A stretch of 64,000 nucleotides of DNA from Nitrospinaceae bacterium (GTDB taxonomy: Bacteria > Nitrospinota > Nitrospinia > Nitrospinales > VA-1). Shown one piece after another: positions 36,699-45,488 of the stretch. Location: contig JAJDAZ010000010.1 of assembly GCA_029261595.1 (NCBI GenBank), positions 68,152 to 132,151 on the forward strand, read 5' to 3'. The number at the start of each line of letters is the position of its first letter. Within the stretch, counting starts at the first letter, position 1. The position numbers were made by a program, and so were the translations under genes. The notes beneath the pieces are model-generated. The model did no database searches and was not told the DNA's origin. It saw only the letters and a program-made list of their open reading frames with translations.

Positions 36699-37427
36699 TT
36701 AATAGTCCACTATCTCGCCACCTGGAATACGGCGCGGCTGTTTGCCGAAGTCCAGCGGATGGTCGGTGCCAGGCAGGATGGTGCCGTCCATGGAATAAGG
36801 GCCGATTTTGCTCCAGGTCCCCGCTTGAAAATTGGACACATACTCCATTTTCAAAATCGCCTTCGGATTTTTGTAGCCGTACTTGAACGGAATGATGATC
36901 CGCAAGGGGAACCCATGTTCATCGGTCAAGGGTTTCCCGTCCATGCTGTGGACTAAAAGAGTTTCCGGTTTCAGCAAACTTTCCCTGGAAAGATACTCTA
37001 TATAAGCGTCGGCGCAATGAAACACAACGCCGATGGCTTCGGGCAAGGGTTGGACCTTTTTCTCCAATTCCGCAATTGAAAACCCTTGCCATTTCGCACG
37101 CGCCGACCAACACTCCACACATTTCATGCGCGAAGACCTCGTTTTGACCGGGAAGGATTTAATGTCCTCAATTCTAAAAGCACCGGGATTTTTGCAGAGC
37201 CCTGTAACCTCCAGTTTCCACCGTTCAGGCTTAATGCGGCGCATGGGCTTCCAGTAATTGATGTAGAACGATTCATGCTCGCCTGCGCGGGTTTTGCCGA
37301 CGAAATCCGTCCCGACGAAAGGATCGGTGTCCGCCCATGCTTTGGAGAAGGGGCGAAAAAGCATTTGCCCAATCAGCAACAGAAATGCGCTCATCCAGCG
37401 AACAAGAAAATTTCTTCTGGTAATCAT
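36699..37427 (-). CDS. MsrP/YedY-like periplasmic molybdopterin oxidoreductase (sulfite-oxidase fold), Tat-exported
   Basis: The ATG at 37427 gives MITRRNFLVRW, a twin-arginine signal. 'SRMKCVECWSARAKWQGF' parallels the YedY 'RCVEGWSMVVPWIGF' Mo-ligand Cys region. Shorter than E. coli MsrP. No msrQ lies adjacent. Confidence 0.75.
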   Translation of the reverse strand: MITRRNFLVRWMSAFLLLIGQMLFRPFSKAWADTDPFVGTDFVGKTRAGEHESFYINYWKPMRRIKPERWKLEVTGLCKNPGAFRIEDIKSFPVKTRSSRMKCVECWSARAKWQGFSIAELEKKVQPLPEAIGVVFHCADAYIEYLSRESLLKPETLLVHSMDGKPLTDEHGFPLRIIIPFKYGYKNPKAILKMEYVSNFQAGTWSKIGPYSMDGTILPGTDHPLDFGKQPRRIPGGEIVDY

Positions 37428-38101
37428 TTCGACCTCGCGCAACGAAAACCCAGGAAAATAAACTGGCTATCTGGAGGAATCAAATTCCGTTCATAGGCTT
37501 TACTGTATTCATAATCCAGGTGCAGGTTCCACAATCCTCCCCGCGCCACCGCTTTCCCGTCGACATGGTCGGCAGTCCATTCCCAGACCGACCCCGCCAT
37601 GTCCCGCGCTCCGTAATATGATATATCCTTGCGATTGAGCCCGACCCGGCGCTTGATGATTCCCGAATAATAGGGATGCGGTTTTTTTTTAAGAACTTTG
37701 TTTCCCCAGGGGTAAATCCGGCCATCGGGTCCGCGTGCGGATTTTTCCCACTCCATTTCGGTGGGCAGACGTTTGCCCTCCATCTGGCAATATAGTTCGG
37801 CTTCGTGCCAGGTGATCTGACTCACAGGGTGAGCTTCCGCTCCCGGCCAGAAGGTGCGGGTGGGGAATTTTTCTGAAAATGCCGCATTGGTGACTTCATG
37901 CGTGTCGATAAAAAATGTTTCCATAGAAACGCCGGGTCTTTTAGCCGGCGATGCGTTGGAGGGATTTCCTGAAATGAAAGGTCCGCCGGGAATTTCCACC
38001 ATTTGGAGAGTCGATCCCCAAACATGCAGAACGAAGAGTCCTGATGCAATAAAACACATCGAAAACACCTGCAGGGTTTTTTGAACGATTGATTGCGTCA
38101 C
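37424..38101 (-). CDS. formylglycine-generating-enzyme (SUMF1/FGE-sulfatase) family protein, secreted
   Basis: MVEIPGGPFISGN ... FFIDTHEVTNAAF ... WHEAELYCQMEGKRLPTEMEWEKSARG ... PWGN ... VARGGLW. GTG start with a signal peptide. The stop overlaps the next gene's start (ATGA). Confidence 0.85.
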   Translation of the reverse strand: MTQSIVQKTLQVFSMCFIASGLFVLHVWGSTLQMVEIPGGPFISGNPSNASPAKRPGVSMETFFIDTHEVTNAAFSEKFPTRTFWPGAEAHPVSQITWHEAELYCQMEGKRLPTEMEWEKSARGPDGRIYPWGNKVLKKKPHPYYSGIIKRRVGLNRKDISYYGARDMAGSVWEWTADHVDGKAVARGGLWNLHLDYEYSKAYERNLIPPDSQFIFLGFRCARSK

Positions 38102-38149
38102 CTTGTCGTCAGGGCTCTTGGTACCTGAGGTAAAATGAGTATCAAATCA

Positions 38150-38884
38150 TTATTTTCCGAACACCTTTTCCAGAAGACCCGTGACCCTGGCGGTAGGTTC
38201 GGACCGGATCTTTGCTTCTTCTTCCCCGACGCGCAGGAATAGCCCACCGAGCGCTTTATCCGTCACATAATGATCCAGGTCGAGGGATTGGGCAGACATG
38301 AACGGAAGATTCGCAAAGGACGCCATCATGTCTTTATAAGCCTTGGTCGCGCCCACCTGGTCGAGGCTGGAGGACACGGTGGGTTTGAAAGCGGCATAAA
38401 TCTTTTCGGAAGTTTTGGCCTTCAGATAATCCGTGGCTTCGGTGTCGGCGCCATTAAGAATTTTTTTGGCATCGTCAAAAGTCATCTCCTTGATAGCGTC
38501 GACAAAAAACTCTTTGGCCTTGGGAGCCGCTTGTTCCGCCGCCCGGTTCATCGTCAGCTCAAAAGTATCCACCTGCGAACCCATGCCGACTTTTCTAAGC
38601 ATGTCAGCCACATTCTGGATTTTTTCGGGCATGAGAATTTTGGTCAGTTCATTGCCGAAATAGCCGTCCTCTTTGGAAAGAAGGCCGACGGCATTGCCGG
38701 TGCCAACGGACAGCGCTTCTTTAAGACCTGAAATTGTATCAGCCAGACTGAGAACTTTCTCTGTCGTGTCCCCACCCTTAAGAGTGGGACTGACTTTTTC
38801 CATGAAATCATCAAACATGCCTGAATTGGCAGGGGACGCGATGAGGAAACTTAAGACTGATATGAGGGCGATTTTAATTTTCAT
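38150..38884 (-). CDS. DUF4197-family secreted protein
   Basis: Signal peptide, then 'ISGLKEALSVGTGNAVGLLSKEDGYFGNELTKILMPEKIQNV ... MNRAAEQAAPKAKEFFVDAIKEMTFDDAKKILNGADTEATDYLKAKT', the typical DUF4197 pattern. Confidence 0.7.
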   Translation of the reverse strand: MKIKIALISVLSFLIASPANSGMFDDFMEKVSPTLKGGDTTEKVLSLADTISGLKEALSVGTGNAVGLLSKEDGYFGNELTKILMPEKIQNVADMLRKVGMGSQVDTFELTMNRAAEQAAPKAKEFFVDAIKEMTFDDAKKILNGADTEATDYLKAKTSEKIYAAFKPTVSSSLDQVGATKAYKDMMASFANLPFMSAQSLDLDHYVTDKALGGLFLRVGEEEAKIRSEPTARVTGLLEKVFGK

Positions 38885-39098
38885 AAAAAGTTCACTTGGT
38901 TAAATTGTCAAATGGGAACGTTTTACTAGCCTCTCGCAAACCCTGTCCCATTGCAAACATTAATTTCCCCGCAAACGACTCCGGCGCTTGCGGCCTGTGT
39001 ATCGCGGGACTATAAATTACTGTACTTAAGGATTCATGCCTTTTAGGGGCCCGTGAGGTGAGAGAACCTCCCCCCTGATTGCCCTCCCGCGTAGCGGG

Positions 39099-40925
39099 TT
39101 AAAACGGCAATCCCAGGTCTTTCAATCCGCCGGGGATCGGCAATTTTTCTTTTAACGGAAGTTTATCTTTCAATCCCGCTGGAGCAGCACTTTCCCTGGC
39201 CTTGTTTAACAACCCGCTCCACGCGGTAGACTTGTCGCCCAGGAGGTCGCCGGATTTCAATATCCCTCCCAGCGAATCGTTCAGCCCAGCCAGGGGACCC
39301 TCCGTGGCAGAAAAAATCGAACTTCGCAAAGATTTTTCAAATTCTTTGGCTTTCCCGGTCACGGCTCCTTTAATGGCTTTGGAAATGATCCGATCCAGAT
39401 CGGAGTCTATTTTCAAAGCATAATTTTCCCGTGAACCGTCAATGGCGATCTTTACGTAAAATTTATCCGTCGAAGCCAGGGTATCGGAAACCGCTTTTAA
39501 TATTTCATTTCCCTGCTCAGGAAGCTTCAACGCCAACCCACCGAGGTCCGCCTGAATCACGCCGGACATATTTTTCTCATCGGCAATTTTAAAAGTGCTT
39601 TGAATATTGGCGAAACCTTTTTCAATCCCCGGGCCCTCCCCTGCCATCAGGCCATTCAGTTTCAGGGATTTCACATTGAGGTCGATGGAGTCGTTGGAAA
39701 CGGACTGCGTTCGGTCCAGTTTTGCAGTCAGGGCAAAGCTGTCGAACTTTTCATCCTGGTCGGAACTGAAGTTCATCACTGCGGGTTTTCCATACACCCG
39801 CTGGTTGTCGGAAAAATCGTTCAACTCACCCGCAATCTTAGTATCCAGCAGATCCAGCGAAAGTTTGGCGTGCCGGATTAAAAAATCCGGAAAAGGAGCC
39901 TGCTCTTTGAATGTAACAAACACGCCCTTGCCCCGCACATATTCCGTTTCTTCTTCCTTGGGTTTTGCATCGGACCCTTTGTTCAAATAAGGGCTGACCA
40001 TTTCATAGTATTTCCAGAACATGTCGATCTTTTCCTTGATCTCCGGTCCCAGCACAGAGGCCAGAATATTGGAACTGCCTTTGAGATCCAGAGAATATTT
40101 TTTCTTCAGCCTTTCGAAATCCTTTTGCGGCATGTCCTTCAATTCAGTAATCAATTGCTTGGCCCGCTCGGTATCCGCCTGCATTTCCTTTTTGAGATTC
40201 GTTACCTTATCCAGGTTTCCCTGGATGGTTTCCTGGATTTCTTTCAAGTCCTGAACTGCGGTGGCAATTCCAGCAACGTCGGAACCCTTGGTTTTGCTCT
40301 GGAGAGCCTCGATTTTTTTCTTCGTGTCTTCCAGGGCCTGGGTGCTGAGCTCGGTTTCCAGTTTTTTCTCCCACTTGTCCTTTAACGCCTGGAGTTCTTC
40401 CCTGACTTTTTTGGCCGCCTCAACAGTTTCCAGCTTCTCGGATTTCAATATTTCCTCAGGCGACTTCGGGTCCAGAATTTTTCCAAAAGAAAACGGATCT
40501 TTTTTTTCGCCGGCCTTTTCTCCACTGGAAGCTTCGCCATCTTTGCCCGTTCCAGGTGGTCTGTAGGCTTTGGCGGGAGATTCTCTTTTCTGGTTCAGGC
40601 GGATGCCCTCCACTGACATCTCATCGATCACCACTTTTTTGGAAACCATTTTGGCCGCGTCCACGCTGAAGGCAACGGATGCGATCTCAACCATGTTTTC
40701 CATAAGATTGTCGGCATTGGCCACGGCCAGATTTTTGAATCCGGCCGATTGCGATGGAAGAGAGGTCCCGACGGATTGCACTTCAATTTGCGTTTGCAAC
40801 ATTTCCGATCCATCTTCTTCCAGGCCTTTTTTGATCAACCCGTCCAGGTAAAACGACAAGAACCCCCATATGAGGAGAAAAAGAACCGCAAATACAACGA
40901 GACCCTGCCAGCGAAAAATTTTCAT
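39099..40925 (-). CDS. large membrane-anchored AsmA-like / TIGR03545-like protein with a central coiled coil
   Basis: 608 aa. N-terminal anchor MKIFRWQGLVVFAVLFLLIWGF. A K/E-rich coiled-coil middle section. A beta-rich C-terminal half. Its ATG overlaps the upstream gene's stop (ATGA at 40922-40925). Confidence 0.55.
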   Translation of the reverse strand: MKIFRWQGLVVFAVLFLLIWGFLSFYLDGLIKKGLEEDGSEMLQTQIEVQSVGTSLPSQSAGFKNLAVANADNLMENMVEIASVAFSVDAAKMVSKKVVIDEMSVEGIRLNQKRESPAKAYRPPGTGKDGEASSGEKAGEKKDPFSFGKILDPKSPEEILKSEKLETVEAAKKVREELQALKDKWEKKLETELSTQALEDTKKKIEALQSKTKGSDVAGIATAVQDLKEIQETIQGNLDKVTNLKKEMQADTERAKQLITELKDMPQKDFERLKKKYSLDLKGSSNILASVLGPEIKEKIDMFWKYYEMVSPYLNKGSDAKPKEEETEYVRGKGVFVTFKEQAPFPDFLIRHAKLSLDLLDTKIAGELNDFSDNQRVYGKPAVMNFSSDQDEKFDSFALTAKLDRTQSVSNDSIDLNVKSLKLNGLMAGEGPGIEKGFANIQSTFKIADEKNMSGVIQADLGGLALKLPEQGNEILKAVSDTLASTDKFYVKIAIDGSRENYALKIDSDLDRIISKAIKGAVTGKAKEFEKSLRSSIFSATEGPLAGLNDSLGGILKSGDLLGDKSTAWSGLLNKARESAAPAGLKDKLPLKEKLPIPGGLKDLGLPF

Positions 40926-41428
40926 CCTCGTCCCCCGGTGATTGTTTGATAAACTCGTACTATCTTAAGCGACCTGAGAATGGGGAACTTTTCAATATAG
41001 ACTTGGAGTTTCTCCCGGTATTTTTCTATGAACACATTAAAAATAAAAAACAGCGGCAACGCTAATACCAGCGAAACCACGAGACTCCCCATGACAATGG
41101 AATTGTTGAGGTTAGCGACCAGAGCAACCGGATAACTGAAAACACTTTCCCAGGTTCCCTGGAGTGAATCGGATTTTAAAATCGAGTAACCGAGGTTGTG
41201 AAATACCGGATCTAAAATATAGGCGAAACCAGAGAACACCACGAAACTTAAAATCATGATCCCGATGTTCATGTTGATGATGAACGCTAAAAACAGCAGG
41301 GCTAGGTTGTGCAGACTGAGGGTGGGCGTGAGCCCTATGATGGCCCCAAAACACACACCCAGACTGAGTTGCCAGGGTTTGGCGTTTGAGTTTAACGCTT
41401 TAAAAACTTTAAAAATTTGACGAATCAT
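40922..41428 (-). CDS. small polytopic membrane protein, TIGR03546/DUF2062-like
   Basis: 168 aa. 'KPWQLSLGVCFGAIIGLTPTLSLHNLALLFLAFII' is DUF2062-like. Translationally coupled to the AsmA-like gene. Confidence 0.55.
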   Translation of the reverse strand: MIRQIFKVFKALNSNAKPWQLSLGVCFGAIIGLTPTLSLHNLALLFLAFIINMNIGIMILSFVVFSGFAYILDPVFHNLGYSILKSDSLQGTWESVFSYPVALVANLNNSIVMGSLVVSLVLALPLFFIFNVFIEKYREKLQVYIEKFPILRSLKIVRVYQTITGGRG

Positions 41429-41550
41429 GGCGCGGCCTTTTATTGGGGAATGCGGTAAAAATCAGGATGACGAAAATTCCAACATTACGTATCGGCGTAA
41501 AGATATTTCAAATCTTAACATGGCCCCAAGAAATTTTTCGATTTAATTGT

Positions 41551-42432
41551 ATGAAAAATTTTGTCCCAACTCACACTTTTACAAGAGCTTACAATCTATT
41601 CGGTCGCGTCATTATTTTGTTCATGACCCTCCTGTTGATTGCAAGTTGCAGCAGGACCCAGATCTCCTATAAGTTTTCCGACTGGTTTCTTTTAGAAAGA
41701 GTGGATCATTTATTTGATATCACCCGTTCCCAGGAACAATTTCTTGAGGGTAAACTTGAGCATTTACTGGTGTGGCATCGCACCCGCGAATTGTCGACAA
41801 TAATCATCACTCTCACTGAATTCAAGCAGAGGTATCAGGACGGGCTGGACCCTGAAGACCTCGAATGGTTTGCAGAAGATCATCACAGTTATTTCAAACG
41901 CTTTTTAATAAAAGCCGTTCCGGATTTTTCTCGGTTTCTGGCCACTTTGACGAAAAACCAAATCCAACACTTCAATATTCAACTGGAAAAAAGGAATGAC
42001 TTTTTGATAAAACAAGCCAATATGACCGATGAAGAACTTGTGCGGGACACGCAAAAATGGTTTATTGAGTTGCTTGAGGATTGGTTTGGCAAACTCAATA
42101 GAGGGCAGGTGGAAAACATTCATACCTGGCTGGAAATTGAAAAAGGCTGGGTTGAGAGCAAGCTTGCAAACAGGCGCCATTTTCAAGAATCCTTCATCTC
42201 ATTTTTGCAGGCGCATAAAACGGAATCGGAAATTAACGCCCAACTGACAATGAGGATTGAAGAGCCTGAAACCAGATGGACGCCGGAGTTCGAGGTGCAG
42301 TTGGATAAAAAAATAGCTCAGTGGAAGGAACTCCTCTTAAAAGTGGATTCTACGATAACGCCAATCCAAAGAAATCAGGCTTTGGAGAGAATTCAGGAAT
42401 ACATTGACGATTTTAAAACCCTCGTTATTTAA
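41551..42432 (+). CDS. DUF6279-like lipoprotein
   Basis: The ATG at 41551 gives a signal plus lipobox (LLLIASC). 'YKFSDWFLLERVDHLFDITRSQEQFLEGKLEHLLVWHRTRELS' resembles the DUF6279 signature. The longest ORF starts at 41443. Confidence 0.5.
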   Translation: MKNFVPTHTFTRAYNLFGRVIILFMTLLLIASCSRTQISYKFSDWFLLERVDHLFDITRSQEQFLEGKLEHLLVWHRTRELSTIIITLTEFKQRYQDGLDPEDLEWFAEDHHSYFKRFLIKAVPDFSRFLATLTKNQIQHFNIQLEKRNDFLIKQANMTDEELVRDTQKWFIELLEDWFGKLNRGQVENIHTWLEIEKGWVESKLANRRHFQESFISFLQAHKTESEINAQLTMRIEEPETRWTPEFEVQLDKKIAQWKELLLKVDSTITPIQRNQALERIQEYIDDFKTLVI

Positions 42433-42446
42433 CAAGGTGACGCTCT

Positions 42447-43883
42447 ATGGGAGACGAAATTTCAAGCTCGGAATTTTCCAGCGAGGATTTTAAGGAATTC
42501 AAGCAGAGACTGAGGAACGAAACCCAAATCCTCAAGGGCTGGTTTGATAATGATGACTTTGAAGCTACCGACGGAAAATGCGGCTTTGAGCTGGAAGCCT
42601 GGCTGATCGATAAAAATTACCGCCCCGCGCCAGTGAATGAAGCTTTTTTAGAAAGGGTGGACGATCCCCTGGTGGTTCCCGAGTTGTCCAAATTTAATTT
42701 TGAAATCAATAGCATCCCCCATCGGATTGAAGGCAATATATTAAGTCATTTGGAATCCGAACTTTCCGGGAACTGGGGGAAGTGCGTGACCCATGCGGAA
42801 GCACTGGGTTCAAATATTCTGGCCATAGGAATTTTGCCTACGATCCGGGACGAGATGTTGACCCTGGATAAAATGTCTTCCCTTAAGCGTTATGTCGCGC
42901 TTAACCATCAGGTCATCCGATTACGGCAAGGCATGCCGCTGGAACTTAAAATTGAAGGCAGGGATTTTCTCAATATAAAACACTATGACGTCATGCTGGA
43001 AGCGGTCGCAACTTCCCTGCAGATCCATTGTCAGGTGAACCCCGAAAACGCCGTCCGGCAATACAATCTTTCCCAGATCCTATCCGCGCCCATGGCGGCT
43101 GTGGCAGCCAATTCCCCCTACCTGTTTGGCAAGGACTTGTGGGATGAAACCCGGATTCCTGCATTTGAACAAGCGGTCTCGGTAGCAAGTTTTCCTGACG
43201 GTCAGGGACAAACCATCGGACGCGTCACTTTCGGCACGGGTTACGCCAAAGACTCTATACTGGAACCGTTTCTGGAAAATTTGGATGGGTTCCCTATTTT
43301 ATTGCCGATGGTTCTCTATGACGATCCTTCATGGTTGAGTCATCTACGGCTCCAGAATGGAACCATCTGGCGATGGACGCGTCCTCTGATCGGTTTGACA
43401 AAAGAAGGCAGACCGCACATCCGACTGGAACACCGGGTCCCGGCGGCAGGCCCCAGCATTGCAGACACCATCGCGAATATCGCTTTTTTTCTCGGATTGA
43501 TGGCGTATTATGGAAAAAGGGAAACCCCTCTGGAAGGCGAAATACCATTCAGCGATGCGAAAGAAAATTTTTATCGCGCCGCAAAGCATGGTCTGAAGGC
43601 AGACGTCAAATGGACGGGCGGGAAGTCCATCGCTTTGCTCACTCTTTTAGAGCAGTCTCTTCTGCCGAACGCGAAAAAGGGATTGCAAATGGCAGGCTTG
43701 CTCTCCCAGGATATTGACCATTATCTGGGTGACGTGATTGGCAACCGAATAAAAACCGGGCAAAATGGCGCGGTCTGGCAAAGGGCTTTTATCGCCAAGC
43801 ACGGGTTGGATTTCCGGGAGATGACACACGCTTATTTTGAAAATCAGAAACAGAATCTGCCCATTTACAAATGGACTCTTTAA
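42447..43883 (+). CDS. glutamate-cysteine ligase family 2 (GCS2) / carboxylate-amine ligase
   Basis: 478 aa. 'GKCGFELEAWLID' and 'FNFEINS' are typical GCS2 N-terminal strands. Size and composition are consistent with the family. Confidence 0.7.
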   Translation: MGDEISSSEFSSEDFKEFKQRLRNETQILKGWFDNDDFEATDGKCGFELEAWLIDKNYRPAPVNEAFLERVDDPLVVPELSKFNFEINSIPHRIEGNILSHLESELSGNWGKCVTHAEALGSNILAIGILPTIRDEMLTLDKMSSLKRYVALNHQVIRLRQGMPLELKIEGRDFLNIKHYDVMLEAVATSLQIHCQVNPENAVRQYNLSQILSAPMAAVAANSPYLFGKDLWDETRIPAFEQAVSVASFPDGQGQTIGRVTFGTGYAKDSILEPFLENLDGFPILLPMVLYDDPSWLSHLRLQNGTIWRWTRPLIGLTKEGRPHIRLEHRVPAAGPSIADTIANIAFFLGLMAYYGKRETPLEGEIPFSDAKENFYRAAKHGLKADVKWTGGKSIALLTLLEQSLLPNAKKGLQMAGLLSQDIDHYLGDVIGNRIKTGQNGAVWQRAFIAKHGLDFREMTHAYFENQKQNLPIYKWTL

Positions 43884-43886
43884 AAA

Positions 43887-44912
43887 ATGAAGTTAAACAT
43901 ATTCGAATCCGCTCCCGATGGTTTTCTGGAGTTGCTCCCCAACGAGTTGTTCAAAGTCCTGCCCGGTCCATCCCTGATTCGTTTTCAGGGTGAAGAAGAA
44001 GCGCCGCTTTTTCTGGCGACGCTTCTGCATGGCAATGAACCGACAGGCATTCAGGCGATTCAGAAATTGCTTAAAAAATATCAGGCGGAAGGAAAAACGC
44101 TTCCCAGGCGGCTTGATTTGTTTATCGGCAATGTGGAGGCGGCAAAATCCGGTGAACGGCGGTTTTCCAAACAACCCGATTTCAACCGGGTCTGGAACGG
44201 AGGAAGCCTGCCGGAACATAACCTGGCGAGAGAAGTTAAAGCACTGGTTAAAAATTCCGGCGCGTTTGCCTCTGTCGACATTCACAACACCTCCGGAAAA
44301 AACCCGCATTATTCCTGCGTCAACCGGCTGGAGGCTCCTTATGTCAATCTGGCTCACCTGTTCAGTCAGACCCTGGTGTATTTCAACCGGCCCAAAGAAG
44401 TGCTATCGAACGCGATGGCGGAATTTTGTCCTTCCATTACCATTGAAGCGGGTCAACCGGGGGATTCCTACGGGGTCCAGCACGTTTACGAGTTCCTCGA
44501 AAAATGTCTGAACTTGAAGCAGGTTCCGCCGGACTGGAACGGCAAGGAGGACCTTTATGTCTACCATACGATTGCGAGGATTCTTGTCCCTAAAAACAGC
44601 CGGATAGGATTTGACCGGGATTCCCACAATAAGGATTTTTGCTTTATCAGCGACCTTGACCAGCAGAATTTTTCCGAAATTCCGGCAAATACGTTGATCG
44701 GCTGGCGGCATAATCCTAATTTAAAATTATCTGTGATCGATGAAGAAGACGAGGAAGTGGAGTCGAGATTTATTGAATACCAGGAGTCGGAAATACGCCT
44801 GAAGCGGGCCGTCGTGCCATCCATGTTCAGCACCAATGAACGTATCGTTCAACAGGACTGCCTGGGATACCTCATGGAACGGTTTGCTCTTCCGACTCTC
44901 AACGACTCCTGA
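43887..44912 (+). CDS. succinylglutamate desuccinylase/aspartoacylase (AstE/AspA, M14-like) family zinc hydrolase
   Basis: 'LFLATLLHGNEPTGIQAIQKLL' contains the HxxE zinc motif, and 'DIHNTSG' follows later. It starts 3 nt after the GCS2 stop. Confidence 0.7.
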   Translation: MKLNIFESAPDGFLELLPNELFKVLPGPSLIRFQGEEEAPLFLATLLHGNEPTGIQAIQKLLKKYQAEGKTLPRRLDLFIGNVEAAKSGERRFSKQPDFNRVWNGGSLPEHNLAREVKALVKNSGAFASVDIHNTSGKNPHYSCVNRLEAPYVNLAHLFSQTLVYFNRPKEVLSNAMAEFCPSITIEAGQPGDSYGVQHVYEFLEKCLNLKQVPPDWNGKEDLYVYHTIARILVPKNSRIGFDRDSHNKDFCFISDLDQQNFSEIPANTLIGWRHNPNLKLSVIDEEDEEVESRFIEYQESEIRLKRAVVPSMFSTNERIVQQDCLGYLMERFALPTLNDS

Positions 44913-44951
44913 TATCTTCTGAAAATAAAAAACCACGGAGAACTAAAACTA

Positions 44952-45389
44952 TTATTTTGCCTTCCCGTAGGGTTCCAGCAAATTGCAAAGCTGGACGAAG
45001 GCTTTCAGAATATCCGTCGCGGTGATGATGCCCACCAGTTTTTCCTTATGAACCACCGGCAAAGCACCGATCTTCTTTTTTGCCATGATGGCGGCGGCAT
45101 CCGCCGCTCGTTGCTCTGGCTCAATGGTGACGAGCTTCCGGGTCATGAGAGTTCTCACCTGGCGGGAAACAATCGTCACCGTGGTCCCATCCGATTTTTC
45201 CACCATCTTTTTGGTCGGACCCAACACCTTTTTTAAATCCCTGTCCGATAACATGCCCACCAGTTTTCCTTTATCCACGACAGGAACATGGCGGATATTT
45301 TCAAAATTGATCAGGAAAAACACCCGGTCAATTTTATCCAACGGCGAAACGGTCAAAACATCTTTGGTCATCAACTCTTTAACTTTCAT
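44952..45389 (-). CDS. CBS-domain pair protein
   Basis: 145 aa with two CBS repeats (MTKDVLTVSP...HVPVVDKGKLVGMLSDRDL and LVTIEP...GALPVVHKEKLVGIITATDIL). Confidence 0.85.
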   Translation of the reverse strand: MKVKELMTKDVLTVSPLDKIDRVFFLINFENIRHVPVVDKGKLVGMLSDRDLKKVLGPTKKMVEKSDGTTVTIVSRQVRTLMTRKLVTIEPEQRAADAAAIMAKKKIGALPVVHKEKLVGIITATDILKAFVQLCNLLEPYGKAK

Positions 45390-45488
45390 GAAACCCTCGA
45401 AAATAAATCCTTTAAAATACCAATTAATCTAAGAGATCATTTACCAAAAAAATTCCCGGTTGCATACCTTAATTTAAGATAAAACATT

